A stretch of DNA of 57,857 nucleotides from Burkholderiales bacterium. GTDB lineage: Bacteria > Pseudomonadota > Gammaproteobacteria > Burkholderiales > SG8-39. The notes beneath the pieces are model-generated. The model had not been told where the DNA came from and searched no databases. It saw only the letters and a program-made list of their open reading frames with translations. The stretch's first letter is position 1. Every line of letters starts with the position of its first letter. Positions 14,496 to 26,165 of the stretch are shown piece by piece. Location: assembly GCA_035514595.1 (NCBI GenBank), contig DATKAX010000245.1, positions 1 through 57,857 on the forward strand, written 5' to 3'. The position numbers were made by a program, and so were the translations under genes.

Positions 14496-14519
14496 GAAAT
14501 CGGGCTCTGACCCCGGTTT

Positions 14520-14521
<2 letters not shown>
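14496..14521 (+). repeat. REP-like hairpin element, copy 6
   Basis: gaaatcgggctctgaccccggttttc, overlaps the nadE stop codon. Confidence 0.75.
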
Positions 14522-16505
<1,984 letters not shown>

Positions 16506-16529
16506 CCGTGCATTCTAGCGCAAGTGTAT

Positions 16530-16553
16530 TATGGTGCCTCACACCATATGGTG
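16530..16553. promoter_or_regulatory. Candidate operator: TATGGTG-N5-CACCATA overlapping the 12-bp palindrome CACCATATGGTG
   Basis: Half-sites at 16530-16536, 16542-16548 and 16547-16553; overlaps the ATG (16548) of the first gene of the two-gene module. Confidence 0.35.
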
Positions 16554-16769
16554 CTGCTGCGGGAAACGGTGTTCGGCGCAGGCGCGCTCGTCGAGATCGA
16601 GCTGCACGACGACTTGCGCTACCGCTTGCGCTACGGCGATCTCGTGGTCTACGAGAACGGCCGGCGCCGTATGCGCGGCCGCACGCGGCCCTACGAGTTT
16701 CGCTCCGTCGAGCAGCTGCGCTATGACTTCGAGCAGGACGTCGCAGCCGCGGGAGGCCGCCTTGGCTAG
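16548..16769 (+). CDS. 73-aa protein resembling the C-terminal part of DUF6516/TumE-type toxins
   Basis: ...RYGDLVVYENGRRRMRGRTRPYEFRSVEQLRYDFEQDV recalls the (Y)EF-x5-L-x2-DF-x2-DV tail of that family (from memory); 8-nt overlap with the downstream HTH gene. Confidence 0.45.
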   Translation: MVLLRETVFGAGALVEIELHDDLRYRLRYGDLVVYENGRRRMRGRTRPYEFRSVEQLRYDFEQDVAAAGGRLG

Positions 16770-17121
16770 AACGCTCGAGCTGCGCGTAGGGGCGGCGGCG
16801 GATGCGCTCGATCGTTTCGAAGCCGCCTGGAACCGCGTTGCCGAAGGGCGCGGCATGAAGCCGCTCGCGGTGCTTACGCTGCGTGATCTTCCCCTGCTGC
16901 TGAGAACGCTCACGCCGGCGCGCTGGGCGCTGCTCGAGCGGCTCAAGGCGCAAGGCCCGATGTCGGTCTACGAGCTCGCTAAGCGTTTGGAGCGTGATTA
17001 CAAGAACGTCCACACCGACGTCGCGCGGCTCACGGAGCTCGGCTTAGTCGAGCGGGCGGAGAATGCGGGCGTAACCGTCACCTGGGACCTTATTCGCGCC
17101 GAGTTCCCGTTAACGCAGTAA
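16762..17121 (+). CDS. HTH DNA-binding protein (HVO_A0114/MarR-like antitoxin-type regulator)
   Basis: TTG start preceded by GGGAGG; ARTLELRVGAAADALDRF... then wHTH LTPARWALLERLKAQGPMSVYELAKRLERDYKNVHTDVARLTELGLVER. Confidence 0.65.
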   Translation: MARTLELRVGAAADALDRFEAAWNRVAEGRGMKPLAVLTLRDLPLLLRTLTPARWALLERLKAQGPMSVYELAKRLERDYKNVHTDVARLTELGLVERAENAGVTVTWDLIRAEFPLTQ

Positions 17122-17132
17122 CGACCCGTAGG

Positions 17133-17157
17133 GAATTCGGGCTCTGACCCCGAATTC
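17133..17157 (+). repeat. REP-like hairpin element, copy 7 (best copy)
   Basis: gaattcgggctctgaccccgaattc, perfect 9-bp stem, between the convergent HTH gene and corA. Confidence 0.8.
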
Positions 17158-17162
17158 GGGCG

Positions 17163-18128
17163 TTAGAGCCAGCCGGCCTTGCGCAGGCGGTAGAAGAGGT
17201 AGCCGTCGAGCGCGGCCATCACGGCGAGCACCGTGGGGTAGCCGAAGGCCCATTCGAGCTCGGGCATGTGCGCGAAGTTCATGCCGTACACGCCGGCGAT
17301 CATGGTGGGCACCGCGACCAGTGCCGCGTAGGCGGCGAGGCGCTTGGTCACCTCGCTCTCGCCGATGGTGATCATGGCGAGGTTGACCTGGATCGCGGTC
17401 GCCACCGTGTCGCGCAGCGAGTCGATCGACTGGTTGAGCCGTACCAGGTGGTCGTAGACGTCCCGGAAGTACTCGCCCAGGCCCGTGCAGACGCCCGGGA
17501 CGCGCCCGCCGAACAGCCGCCCGGTGCCCTCGAGGAGCGGTCCGCCCACGTGCTTCAGCGTGGAGAGCTGCCGCTTGACGTAATACAGCGCCTCGATGTT
17601 GGCGCGCGGCGAGACGCCGGAAAAAAGCTGCTCCTCGATGCGCTCGAGCTCCGTCTCCACCGCCTCGAGCACCGGAAAATACCGGTCGACGACCGCGTCC
17701 ATGAGCGCGTACAGGACGTAGCCCGAGCCGTGGCGCAGCAGGTCGGGCTCGCCCTCGGCGCGCGCGCGCACGTCCTGGAAGCCGCGCTCGGTGCTCTGGC
17801 GCACCGAGAGCACGTAGTTGCGCCCGACGAAGACGTCGACCTCGCCCACCTTGAGCGCCTCGCCGGCCACCTCGACCGTCTTGAGCACCACGAACAGCGA
17901 ATCCCCGTATTCCTCGATCTTGGGGCGCTGGTGGCCGTGGCGCGCATCCTCCACCGCGAGCGGGTGCAGGTCGAACTCCTCGCGCATCTCCTCCAGCTCG
18001 GCCTCGGAGGCGTCGCGCAGGGCGACCCACACGAAGCAGCCGGGGCGCGCGAGATAGCCGCTGATCTCGCGCTTGTCGATGTCGGCGAGCTTGCGGCCCT
18101 CCTGGTAGGCGACGCAGTTGACCAGCAT
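17163..18128 (-). CDS. corA: Magnesium/cobalt transporter CorA
   Basis: C-terminal two TM helices with the YGMNF motif; 321 aa. Confidence 0.9.
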   Translation of the reverse strand: MLVNCVAYQEGRKLADIDKREISGYLARPGCFVWVALRDASEAELEEMREEFDLHPLAVEDARHGHQRPKIEEYGDSLFVVLKTVEVAGEALKVGEVDVFVGRNYVLSVRQSTERGFQDVRARAEGEPDLLRHGSGYVLYALMDAVVDRYFPVLEAVETELERIEEQLFSGVSPRANIEALYYVKRQLSTLKHVGGPLLEGTGRLFGGRVPGVCTGLGEYFRDVYDHLVRLNQSIDSLRDTVATAIQVNLAMITIGESEVTKRLAAYAALVAVPTMIAGVYGMNFAHMPELEWAFGYPTVLAVMAALDGYLFYRLRKAGWL

Positions 18129-18163
18129 GGGACGGCATAATAAGGATTTTTCAGAGAGCTCCC

Positions 18164-19378
18164 ATGCCGGAGATCAGCCGCAGGGCCGCGAGCCTAGGAA
18201 CCGAGAACGCCTTCGTCGTGCTGGCGGAAGTGAACGCGCTCGCGCGCGAGGGCAAGGACATCATCAGCTTCTGCATCGGCCAGCCGGACTTCCCCGCGCC
18301 GCAGAACGTGCAGGAGGCGGCGATCCGCGCCATCCGCGCCGGCAAGCACGGCTACACGCCTTCCGCGGGGATCGACGAGCTGCGCGAGGCGGCGGCGAAG
18401 TACCTCGCCGGCATGCGCGGGGGCCTGCCGATCCGGCCGCAGGACGTCGTGGTCGGCGCCGGCGCGAAGCCGTTCATCGCCTACGCGATCCTCTCCACCA
18501 CCGAGCACGGCGCGGGCGACGAGGTGATCTACCCGAACCCGGGGTTCCCGATCTACGAGTCGCAGATCGCGGCGAGCGGCGCAAGACCGGTGCCGATCCA
18601 CCTGCACGAGGACCGCAACTTCGCTTTCAACATTCAGGATCTCGAAAAGCTGCTCAACAAGAGAACCCGGCTGCTGATCCTCAACTATCCGCACAACCCC
18701 ACCGGCGGCTGTCTCACGCGCAAGGATCTGGAGGAGGTCGCGCGGCTGCTCGAGAAGCATCCGCAGGTCTGGGTCTACGCCGACGAGATCTACTCGCGCC
18801 TGGTGTTCGACGGCGCTTTCTTCTCGATCGCGCAGCTTGCGGGGATGCTCGAGCGCACCATCGTCTCGGACGGCGCCTCCAAGACCTGGGCGATGACCGG
18901 CTGGCGCATCGGCTTCGCCTCGAACCCGGCGCTCGCGCCGGTGTTCACCCGCTGGATCACCAACACGGAGTCCTGCGCCTCGCAGATCAGCCAGTGGGCG
19001 GCGCTCGAGGCGATCACCGGGCCGCAGGACGCGGCCGAGGCGATGAAAGCGAGCTTCCTCGAGCGCCGCGATCTCATCGTGCGCCTGCTGAACGAGGTGC
19101 CGGGCGTGAGCTGCCAGGTGCCGGGCGGCGCGTTCTACGCCTGGCCGAACGTGACCGAGGCCTGCCGCCGGGTCGGCGCCGCCGACTCCGAGGAGTTCCG
19201 CAAGCGCCTGCTCAACGACGCCGGGGTGGCGGTGCTCGCCGACATCCATTTCGGCATGCGCGTGCCGGGCGAGGGCCAGCACGTGCGTTTTTCCTACGCG
19301 GCGTCGAAGCAGGCGATCGAAGCGGGCGTGCAACGCATGGCGGACTTCATCCGCAAGAACACGCGCCGGGCCGCATGA
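18164..19378 (+). CDS. Pyridoxal-phosphate-dependent aminotransferase (class I, aspartate aminotransferase-like)
   Basis: [11 protein letters not shown] lysine context [13 protein letters not shown], 404 aa. Confidence 0.9.
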   Translation: MPEISRRAASLGTENAFVVLAEVNALAREGKDIISFCIGQPDFPAPQNVQEAAIRAIRAGKHGYTPSAGIDELREAAAKYLAGMRGGLPIRPQDVVVGAGAKPFIAYAILSTTEHGAGDEVIYPNPGFPIYESQIAASGARPVPIHLHEDRNFAFNIQDLEKLLNKRTRLLILNYPHNPTGGCLTRKDLEEVARLLEKHPQVWVYADEIYSRLVFDGAFFSIAQLAGMLERTIVSDGASKTWAMTGWRIGFASNPALAPVFTRWITNTESCASQISQWAALEAITGPQDAAEAMKASFLERRDLIVRLLNEVPGVSCQVPGGAFYAWPNVTEACRRVGAADSEEFRKRLLNDAGVAVLADIHFGMRVPGEGQHVRFSYAASKQAIEAGVQRMADFIRKNTRRAA

Positions 19379-19830
19379 GCGGGCGCAATCCGCCGTCGGT
19401 GACGGTCGCCGCCGTCATCGAGCGCGGCGGCAGGTTCCTGCTGGTCGAGGAAATGATCGACGGCCGCCGGGTGCTCAACCAGCCCGCCGGCCACCTCGAT
19501 CCGGGAGAGAGCCTGGTGCAAGCCTGCGGCCGCGAGGTGATGGAGGAGACCGCGCACCATTTCGAGCCCCAGGGGCTGGTGGGCGTCTACCGCTGGCATT
19601 ACGCGGCGAAGGACGTGACGTTCCTGCGGTTCTGTTTCCGGGGAGCCGTTGTCGGCGTGGAGCCCGGGAGAGCCCTGGACAAGGAAATCATCGCCCTGCA
19701 ATGGCTCACGGGCGACGCGTTGAAAAGCCGGCGCGCGGAGCACCGCTCGCCGCTGGTGCAGCAGTGCGTGGACGACTACCTCGCCGGCAGGAATTTTCCG
19801 CTCGCGCTGCTCTCCAAGGAATTCCCATGA
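19375..19830 (+). CDS. NUDIX hydrolase (NudJ-like, upstream of mnmA as in E. coli)
   Basis: Nudix box [23 protein letters not shown]; ATGA overlap with the aminotransferase stop and with the mnmA start. Confidence 0.8.
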   Translation: MSGRNPPSVTVAAVIERGGRFLLVEEMIDGRRVLNQPAGHLDPGESLVQACGREVMEETAHHFEPQGLVGVYRWHYAAKDVTFLRFCFRGAVVGVEPGRALDKEIIALQWLTGDALKSRRAEHRSPLVQQCVDDYLAGRNFPLALLSKEFP

Positions 19831-20879
19831 AAGTGGTCGTCGGCATGTCGGGCGGGGTGGATTCCTCGGTGGCCGCGCTGCTGCTCAAGCGCGCGGGGCA
19901 CGAGGTGGTGGGCCTGTTCATGAAGAACTGGGAGGACGACGACGCCGACGCGTACTGCCCGGCGCGCGAGGATCTGGTCGACGCGGCCGCCGCCGCGGAT
20001 GTCATCGGCATCGAGCTCGAGGCGGTCAATTTTTCCGCGGAGTACAAGGACCGCGTGTTCGCCGAGTTCCTGCGCGAGTACGCCGCCGGGCGCACGCCGA
20101 ACCCCGACGTGCTGTGCAACGCCGAGATCAAGTTCCGCGCCTTTCTCGACCATGCGATGCGCCTGGGCGCCGGGGCGATCGCGACGGGGCACTACGCGCG
20201 CGTCGATGTTTCGGGGAACGCGTTTCGTCTTCTGAAAGGAAAGGACCAGGCCAAGGATCAGAGCTACTTCCTGCACCGGCTCACGCAGGAGCAGCTCGCT
20301 CGGGTGCTGTTCCCGGTCGGCGGCCTGGCGAAAAGCGAGGTGCGCCGCATCGCGCGCGAGGCCGGGCTGCCGAATCACGCGAAGAAGGACTCGACCGGCA
20401 TCTGCTTCATCGGGGAGCGCCCGTTCCGCGAGTTTCTGAACCGCTACCTGCCGCGCGCGCCGGGCGCGATCACGACTGCGGAGGGCAAAACCGTGGGCGA
20501 GCACATCGGGCTCGCCTTCTACACCATCGGGCAGAGAAAGGGCATCGGGCTCGGCGGGCCGGGAGCGGCCTGGTACGTGGCGCACAAGGATCCGCAGACG
20601 AACACGCTCGTCGTGGTGCGCGGCCACGAGCATCCGCTGCTGCTCAAGCACAGCCTGGAGGCCGAAGGCGCGAGCTGGGTCTCGGGAAGACCCCCCGAGA
20701 GCCCTTCGCCGCATACGGCGAAGACGCGCTACCGGCAGCCCGACGCGCCGTGCACGCTGAGCGTGGCGGCGAGCGCGATCCGGGTCGACTTTCCGGCGCC
20801 GCAATGGGCCGTGACGCCGGGCCAGTCGGTGGTGCTCTACGACGGCGAAGCCTGCCTCGGCGGCGCGGTGATCCGCTAA
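19827..20879 (+). CDS. mnmA: tRNA 2-thiouridine(34) synthase MnmA
   Basis: PP-loop [32 protein letters not shown]. Confidence 0.95.
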   Translation: MKVVVGMSGGVDSSVAALLLKRAGHEVVGLFMKNWEDDDADAYCPAREDLVDAAAAADVIGIELEAVNFSAEYKDRVFAEFLREYAAGRTPNPDVLCNAEIKFRAFLDHAMRLGAGAIATGHYARVDVSGNAFRLLKGKDQAKDQSYFLHRLTQEQLARVLFPVGGLAKSEVRRIAREAGLPNHAKKDSTGICFIGERPFREFLNRYLPRAPGAITTAEGKTVGEHIGLAFYTIGQRKGIGLGGPGAAWYVAHKDPQTNTLVVVRGHEHPLLLKHSLEAEGASWVSGRPPESPSPHTAKTRYRQPDAPCTLSVAASAIRVDFPAPQWAVTPGQSVVLYDGEACLGGAVIR

Positions 20880-21142
20880 TGAAGCAGGATGAGGGCCCCG
20901 CCCTGCGAGGTCGGCTCGAGGTCCAGCGTGCTGCCCTCGAGCAGCTGCGCGACGCGATCGTCGAGCAGCAGCACCGGCCGGCCCTCGTGGTCGTACGTCG
21001 CGTCGCCCGGACGAGCCTGATCCAGCTTTGATTTCAGCGTATTACCCTCGATCTCGAGGCGGATCGCGGTCTCCTGCGGGGCTTGGGCGCGCTCGAGCAC
21101 GTCGCACAAATACCCCCCGGCGGCTGGGGTCATCATGAGCAT
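20876..21142 (-). CDS. 88-aa HesB/IscA-fold-like protein lacking the cluster-binding cysteines
   Basis: Pattern ...[52 protein letters not shown] resembles single-domain IscA-like proteins, but there is no C-terminal CxGC. Confidence 0.45.
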   Translation of the reverse strand: MLMMTPAAGGYLCDVLERAQAPQETAIRLEIEGNTLKSKLDQARPGDATYDHEGRPVLLLDDRVAQLLEGSTLDLEPTSQGGALILLH

Positions 21143-21200
21143 GAGGTCCTCCTTCGTGGCTGGAAGGCGGGATGACAGCGCCGGCGCGCGCTTGGTTCCC

Positions 21201-21800
21201 TCAGAGCGCCCGCACTTCCTTCCCGAGGGCCGGGAGGACCCGCTCTGCGAACCAGGGGTTGTCCAGCAGCCAGCGCTTGTTCCGCCAGCTCGGATGCGGC
21301 AGCGGGAAGAACGCCGGCAGGTATTCGCGGAACGCGCGCACGGTTTGCGCGACGGAGCGCTTCTTCCGCGCGCCGAGATAATAGGCCTGCGCGTACGCGC
21401 CCACCAGCAGCGTGAGCCGGATCGCGGGAAGCGCGGCGCGAAAGCGCGGCTGCCACAGCGCGGCGCAAGGCGCGAGCGGCGGCAGATCGGCGCCTTTCAC
21501 CGTGCCGGGATAGCACAATCCGACCGGCACGATGGCCACGCGCGAGCCGTCGTAGAACGCCGCGCGGTCCATGCCGAGCCACGCGCGCAGCACTTCGCCC
21601 GAGGGATCGTTCCAGGGAATGCCGCTTTCGTGCACCCGGCGCCCGGGCGCCTGGCCGACGATCAGCAGCCGAGCGCCGCGCGCGACGCGGAATACCGGCC
21701 GGGGCCCGAGCGGCAGCCGGCTTTCGCAGAGGCGGCAGGCGCGGGCTTCGCGGCTCACCGCGGAAAGCGATTTCTCCACCCCCGTATAATAGGCGCCCAT
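21201..21800 (-). CDS. Uracil-DNA glycosylase superfamily protein
   Basis: CRLCE..., motif A GQAPG, motif B PHPSWRN. Start is uncertain: ATG 21800 overlaps the purB ATG; in-frame GTGs lie at 21779 and 21758. Confidence 0.8.
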   Translation of the reverse strand: MGAYYTGVEKSLSAVSREARACRLCESRLPLGPRPVFRVARGARLLIVGQAPGRRVHESGIPWNDPSGEVLRAWLGMDRAAFYDGSRVAIVPVGLCYPGTVKGADLPPLAPCAALWQPRFRAALPAIRLTLLVGAYAQAYYLGARKKRSVAQTVRAFREYLPAFFPLPHPSWRNKRWLLDNPWFAERVLPALGKEVRAL

Positions 21801-23163
21801 GCCCTCGCCGCTCGCCGCGCTGTCGCCGCTCGACGGCCGGTACGCCAGCACGGCCGATCCGTTGCGCAGCTACTTCAGCGAGCAGGCCCTCATCCGCTAC
21901 CGCGTGAGAATCGAGCTTGCCTGGCTCCAGGCGCTCGCCGGCGAGCGCGCGATCCGCGAGTTGAAGCCGTTTTCGCGACGCAGCGCAGCCGATTTCGGCC
22001 GCATCCTGAAGGCGTTCTCCGAGCGCGACGCCGAGCACATCAAGAACATCGAGGCCGAGACCAACCATGACGTCAAGGCGATCGAGTACTGGCTGAAGTC
22101 GAAGCTCGCCAGGAACCGCGAGGCGCAGCGCGCGCTCGAGTTCGTGCATTTCGCGTGCACCTCCGAGGACGTCAACAACCTCGCCTACGCGCTGATGGTC
22201 GCGGAGTCGCGCGAGCGCGTGATGCTGCCGCGACTCGACGAGCTGGTGGCCGCGCTGAAGGGGCTCGCGCGCAGGCACGCGGCGCTGCCGATGCTCTCGC
22301 GCACCCACGGCCAGGCAGCCACCCCGACCACGCTCGGCAAGGAGATGGCGAACTTCGCGCACCGCCTGGAGCGCGCGCGGGGCCGCATCGCCGCGGTGGG
22401 CGTGCTGGGCAAGATCAACGGCGCGGTCGGCAACTACAACGCGCACGCCGTTGCGTACCCGGGCTTTCCCTGGGAGCGCTTCGCGCGCCGCTTCGTCGAA
22501 AGCCTGGGGCTCGAGTTTAATCCCTATACGACGCAGATCGAGCCGCACGACTGGCTCGCCGAGATGCTCGACGCCTACGCCAGGGCCAACAGCGTGCTGC
22601 TCGACCTGGACCGCGACCTCTGGGGCTACGTCTCGCTCGGCTATTTCGCGCAGAAGACGAAGCCGGGCGAGGTCGGCTCCTCGACCATGCCGCATAAGGT
22701 GAACCCGATCGATTTCGAGAACTCGGAGGGCAACGTGGGCATCGCCAACGCGCTGCTGCGCCACCTCGCCGAGAAGCTGCCGGTGTCGCGCTGGCAGCGC
22801 GATCTCTCGGACTCGACCGCGCAGCGCAACCTCGGCGCGGCGCTCGGGCACACGCTGCTCGCCTACGCCTCCTGCCTGCGCGGCCTCGCCAGGCTGCAGG
22901 CCGATCCGCAGCGGCTCGCCGCCGACCTCGAGGCGAACTGGGAAGTGCTGGCCGAGGCGGTGCAGCAGGTGATGCGCCGCTACGGGGTGCCCGAAGCCTA
23001 CGAGAAGCTGAAGGCCATGAGCCGCGGCAGGCGGCTCGAGCGCAGCGACCTCGCGCAGTTCGTGCGCCGGCTGCCGATCCCGGCCGAGGCGAAAAGGCGC
23101 CTGCTCGCGCTGACGCCCGCGAAGTACACCGGCCTGGCGGCCGACCTGGCGCGCCGCGTCTAG
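21799..23163 (+). CDS. purB: Adenylosuccinate lyase
   Basis: SPLDGRY N-terminus, signature SSTMPHKVNP, 454 aa. Confidence 0.95.
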   Translation: MPSPLAALSPLDGRYASTADPLRSYFSEQALIRYRVRIELAWLQALAGERAIRELKPFSRRSAADFGRILKAFSERDAEHIKNIEAETNHDVKAIEYWLKSKLARNREAQRALEFVHFACTSEDVNNLAYALMVAESRERVMLPRLDELVAALKGLARRHAALPMLSRTHGQAATPTTLGKEMANFAHRLERARGRIAAVGVLGKINGAVGNYNAHAVAYPGFPWERFARRFVESLGLEFNPYTTQIEPHDWLAEMLDAYARANSVLLDLDRDLWGYVSLGYFAQKTKPGEVGSSTMPHKVNPIDFENSEGNVGIANALLRHLAEKLPVSRWQRDLSDSTAQRNLGAALGHTLLAYASCLRGLARLQADPQRLAADLEANWEVLAEAVQQVMRRYGVPEAYEKLKAMSRGRRLERSDLAQFVRRLPIPAEAKRRLLALTPAKYTGLAADLARRV

Positions 23164-23175
23164 CCGCTTCCCCGC

Positions 23176-25179
23176 ATGATCTACGCAGCGACGATCTTCC
23201 TGTCGTCGTTCCTGCTGTTCCTGGTGCAGCCGCTGATCGCGAGGCTGATCCTGCCGTGGTTCGGCGGCAGCGCGGCGGTGTGGACGACGTGCATGCTGTT
23301 CTTCCAGGCGCTGCTGCTCGCGGGCTACGCCTATGCGCACCTGCTCATGAAGCTTCCGCGGGCGAAGCTGCGATTCGCCGTCCACGGCGCGCTGCTCGCG
23401 GCCGCGGTGGCGGTCCTGCCGATCGCGCCCGCGGAAGCGTGGAAGCCGGGGGGCGAAGAAGAGCCGGTGAGCTACATCCTGTGGCTTCTCGCGGCCGCCG
23501 TCGGGCTGCCGTACTTCCTGCTCGCCTCCACGAGCCCGCTGCTGCAGGCCTGGTATGCCCGGGCCCGGCCCGGCGCCAACCCCTACCCGCTGTTCGCCGT
23601 CTCGAACCTGGCTTCGCTCGCGGCGCTGCTCGGCTACCCGTTCCTGGTCGAGCCGGTGTTCAGCGCGGGCGCCCAGGTGAGCGCCTGGTCGTGGCTGTTC
23701 GCGGCGTTCGCGCTGGCTTGCGCCGCCCTCGCCTGGCGCACGCCCCAGCATGCTCTTGCCCCGAAGTTGGAGTCCCAAAACTCGCGAAACGAAAGGCGGC
23801 CGGTCGGGACTTGGCTCGTGCTCTCGGCGACCGGCTCGGTGCTGCTGCTCGCCGTCACCAATCACCTGACGCAGAACGTGGCCTCGGTGCCTCTGCTGTG
23901 GATCGCGCCCCTCACGCTGTACCTGGCGAGCTTCATCGTCGCGTTCGAGGGCAGGGGCTGGTACCGGCCGGAAACCCTCTGGGTATTCCTGCTCGCCTGG
24001 CTTGCCGGCATGGCCTGGCTGCTCGTCGACTCGGAGTTTCACTACGACCTGCCGCTGCAGCTCGGGATGTTTCTCCCCGGCATGTTCCTGGGATGCCTGT
24101 TCTGCCACGGCGAGCTGTACCGGCTGCGGCCGGCGCCGGGCCATCTGACGGCCTTCTATCTCGCGATTTCCGCGGGCGGCGCGCTGGGCGGCCTGCTGGT
24201 GGCGGTGGTCGCCCCGCTTGCTTTCGACGGCTACTACGAGCTCGGCATCGGCCTGGTGGTGCTCGCGCTGCTTGCCGCGCTGCGCTTCGCCGGGCTGGGC
24301 GCCGCCGCGCGCTACGCGAGCCTGGCGGTGCTTTTTGGCGTGGCCGGCTGCGCGGCGTACGAAGGGATGCGGCAGCAGCAGGACGTGCGCGTCGCCTCGC
24401 GCAGCTTCTACGGCGTGCTGCGCGTCAAGGAGTACGGCTCGCCCGGCGAGGAGTCGCACCTGCGCCGTCTCGTGCACGGCACCATCATGCACGGCGAGCA
24501 GTACCAGCACGAGTCGGTGCGCACCATGCTCACCACGTACTACCAGCCGAGCTCGGGAATCGGTGCCGCGATCCTGTCGCGCCAGGAGCGGCCGGTCCGC
24601 ATCGGCGTGATCGGGCTGGGCACGGGCACGCTGGCGGCCTACGGCCGGCGCGGCGACCTCTACCGCTTCTACGACATCGATCCGCGTGTCGTGCGCATCG
24701 CCAGGACCGAGTTCAGCTACCTCACCGACAGCGAAGCCGAGATCGAGATCGCATTGGGCGACGCGCGCCTCACGCTCGGGCGCGAGGCGCCGCAGCAATT
24801 CGACGTGCTGGCGCTCGACGCCTTCTCGAGCGACGCGATCCCGGTCCATCTCATCACGCGCGAGGCGCTCGGCACCTACCTCCGCCACGTCAGGCCGGAC
24901 GGGATCGTCGCATTCCACGTCTCGAACCGCTTCCTCGACCTCGTCCCGGTCGTCGCCCGCCTGGCGAAGGAGCACGCCGCGCACGCGGTGCTGGTGCGCG
25001 ACGACCCCGAGGACGGCGACGGCCTGAGGTCGAAAAGCGACTGGGTGCTGGTGGCGCGCGAGCCCGCGGCGCTTCAGGCGAAGGCGATCGTCGAGGCGGG
25101 CGCGGTGCCGGCCGAGGATCGGCCGGGCTGGCGGACCTGGACCGACGACTACTCCAACCTGGTCCAGATCCTCAAGTGA
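23176..25179 (+). CDS. Fused polytopic membrane domain / spermidine-synthase-like methyltransferase-fold protein
   Basis: About 400 aa of multiple hydrophobic helices, then RIGVIGLGTGTLA...YDIDP...LDAFSSDAIPVHL (SpeE-like). Confidence 0.8.
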   Translation: MIYAATIFLSSFLLFLVQPLIARLILPWFGGSAAVWTTCMLFFQALLLAGYAYAHLLMKLPRAKLRFAVHGALLAAAVAVLPIAPAEAWKPGGEEEPVSYILWLLAAAVGLPYFLLASTSPLLQAWYARARPGANPYPLFAVSNLASLAALLGYPFLVEPVFSAGAQVSAWSWLFAAFALACAALAWRTPQHALAPKLESQNSRNERRPVGTWLVLSATGSVLLLAVTNHLTQNVASVPLLWIAPLTLYLASFIVAFEGRGWYRPETLWVFLLAWLAGMAWLLVDSEFHYDLPLQLGMFLPGMFLGCLFCHGELYRLRPAPGHLTAFYLAISAGGALGGLLVAVVAPLAFDGYYELGIGLVVLALLAALRFAGLGAAARYASLAVLFGVAGCAAYEGMRQQQDVRVASRSFYGVLRVKEYGSPGEESHLRRLVHGTIMHGEQYQHESVRTMLTTYYQPSSGIGAAILSRQERPVRIGVIGLGTGTLAAYGRRGDLYRFYDIDPRVVRIARTEFSYLTDSEAEIEIALGDARLTLGREAPQQFDVLALDAFSSDAIPVHLITREALGTYLRHVRPDGIVAFHVSNRFLDLVPVVARLAKEHAAHAVLVRDDPEDGDGLRSKSDWVLVAREPAALQAKAIVEAGAVPAEDRPGWRTWTDDYSNLVQILK

Positions 25180-25182
25180 CGC

Positions 25183-25207
25183 GAATCGGGCTCTGACCCC
25201 GGTTTTC
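25183..25207 (+). repeat. REP-like hairpin element, copy 8
   Basis: gaatcgggctctgaccccggttttc, between convergent stops; last base overlaps the secF stop. Confidence 0.75.
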
Positions 25208-26148
25208 TAGACCACCGCGCCCTCGTGCTCGTCGCGCCGGTCGCGCTTGAGGGGCTTCACGAACTGGTCGCGCTTGGCGCCGAACCACATCAGCAGCGGG
25301 CTCGCGACCAGCACCGAGGAGTAGATGCCGAACAGGATGCCGATGGTGAGCGCGAGGGCGAAGTAGTGCAGCGCCGGGCCGCCGAAGATCAGCATGGTGA
25401 CCACCATCATCTGGGTGCTGCCGTGGGTGATGATGGTGCGCGAGATGTTGGCGGTGATCGCGCTGTCGATGACCTCGGCGGTCGACGCCTTTCTCAGCTT
25501 GCGGAAGTTCTCGCGCACCCGGTCGAACACCACCACCGACTCGTTGACGGAGTAGCCGAGGACCGCCAGCACCGCGGCGAGCACGGCGAGCGAGAACTCC
25601 CACTGGAAGAACGCGAAGAAGCCCAGGATGATGACGACGTCGTGCAGGTTGGCGATGATCGCCGACAGGCCGAAGCGCCACTCGAAGCGCATCCACAGGT
25701 AGAGCACGATGCCCACGGCGGTCACCAGCAGGGCGAGCGCGCCGTACTCCGCGAGCTCGCGGCCGACCTGCGGGCCGACGAACTCGACGCGCCGCAGCTC
25801 CGCGGACCGGTCGCGCTCCTGCAGGATCGCGAGCACCTTCTGCGAGAGATCCGCGCTCGACTGCTCCTTCTCGATCGGCATGCGGATCAGCGCGTCGCGC
25901 GAGGTGCCGAAGGTCTGCACCTCGGCCTTGTAGCCGGCGCCCTCGAGCGCCCGGCGGATGCCCTCGACGTCCGCGGCCTGCTGGTAGCCGACCTCGATCA
26001 GCGTGCCGCCGGTGAACTCGACCGAGAAGTTGAGGCCGCGGGTGGCGAGGAACAGCACCGCGATGAGGAAAGTGAGCACCGAGATGATGTTGAAGACGAG
26101 CGCATACCGCATGAACGGCAGGGTTCGCCGGATCTTGAAGAATTCCAC
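25207..26148 (-). CDS. secF: Protein translocase subunit SecF
   Basis: Position after secD and SecF-type 6-TM pattern (NFSVEFTGGT...). Confidence 0.95.
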   Translation of the reverse strand: MEFFKIRRTLPFMRYALVFNIISVLTFLIAVLFLATRGLNFSVEFTGGTLIEVGYQQAADVEGIRRALEGAGYKAEVQTFGTSRDALIRMPIEKEQSSADLSQKVLAILQERDRSAELRRVEFVGPQVGRELAEYGALALLVTAVGIVLYLWMRFEWRFGLSAIIANLHDVVIILGFFAFFQWEFSLAVLAAVLAVLGYSVNESVVVFDRVRENFRKLRKASTAEVIDSAITANISRTIITHGSTQMMVVTMLIFGGPALHYFALALTIGILFGIYSSVLVASPLLMWFGAKRDQFVKPLKRDRRDEHEGAVV

Positions 26149-26165
26149 GCTCTATGCTCCCGCGC

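Noticed and set aside
21133-24984. 1283-aa minus-strand ORF spanning the UDG, purB and spermidine-synthase-like regions
   Set aside because: It has no recognisable motifs and an extreme Arg/Ala/Pro composition, and it overlaps well-supported genes on the other strand. It is a shadow ORF.
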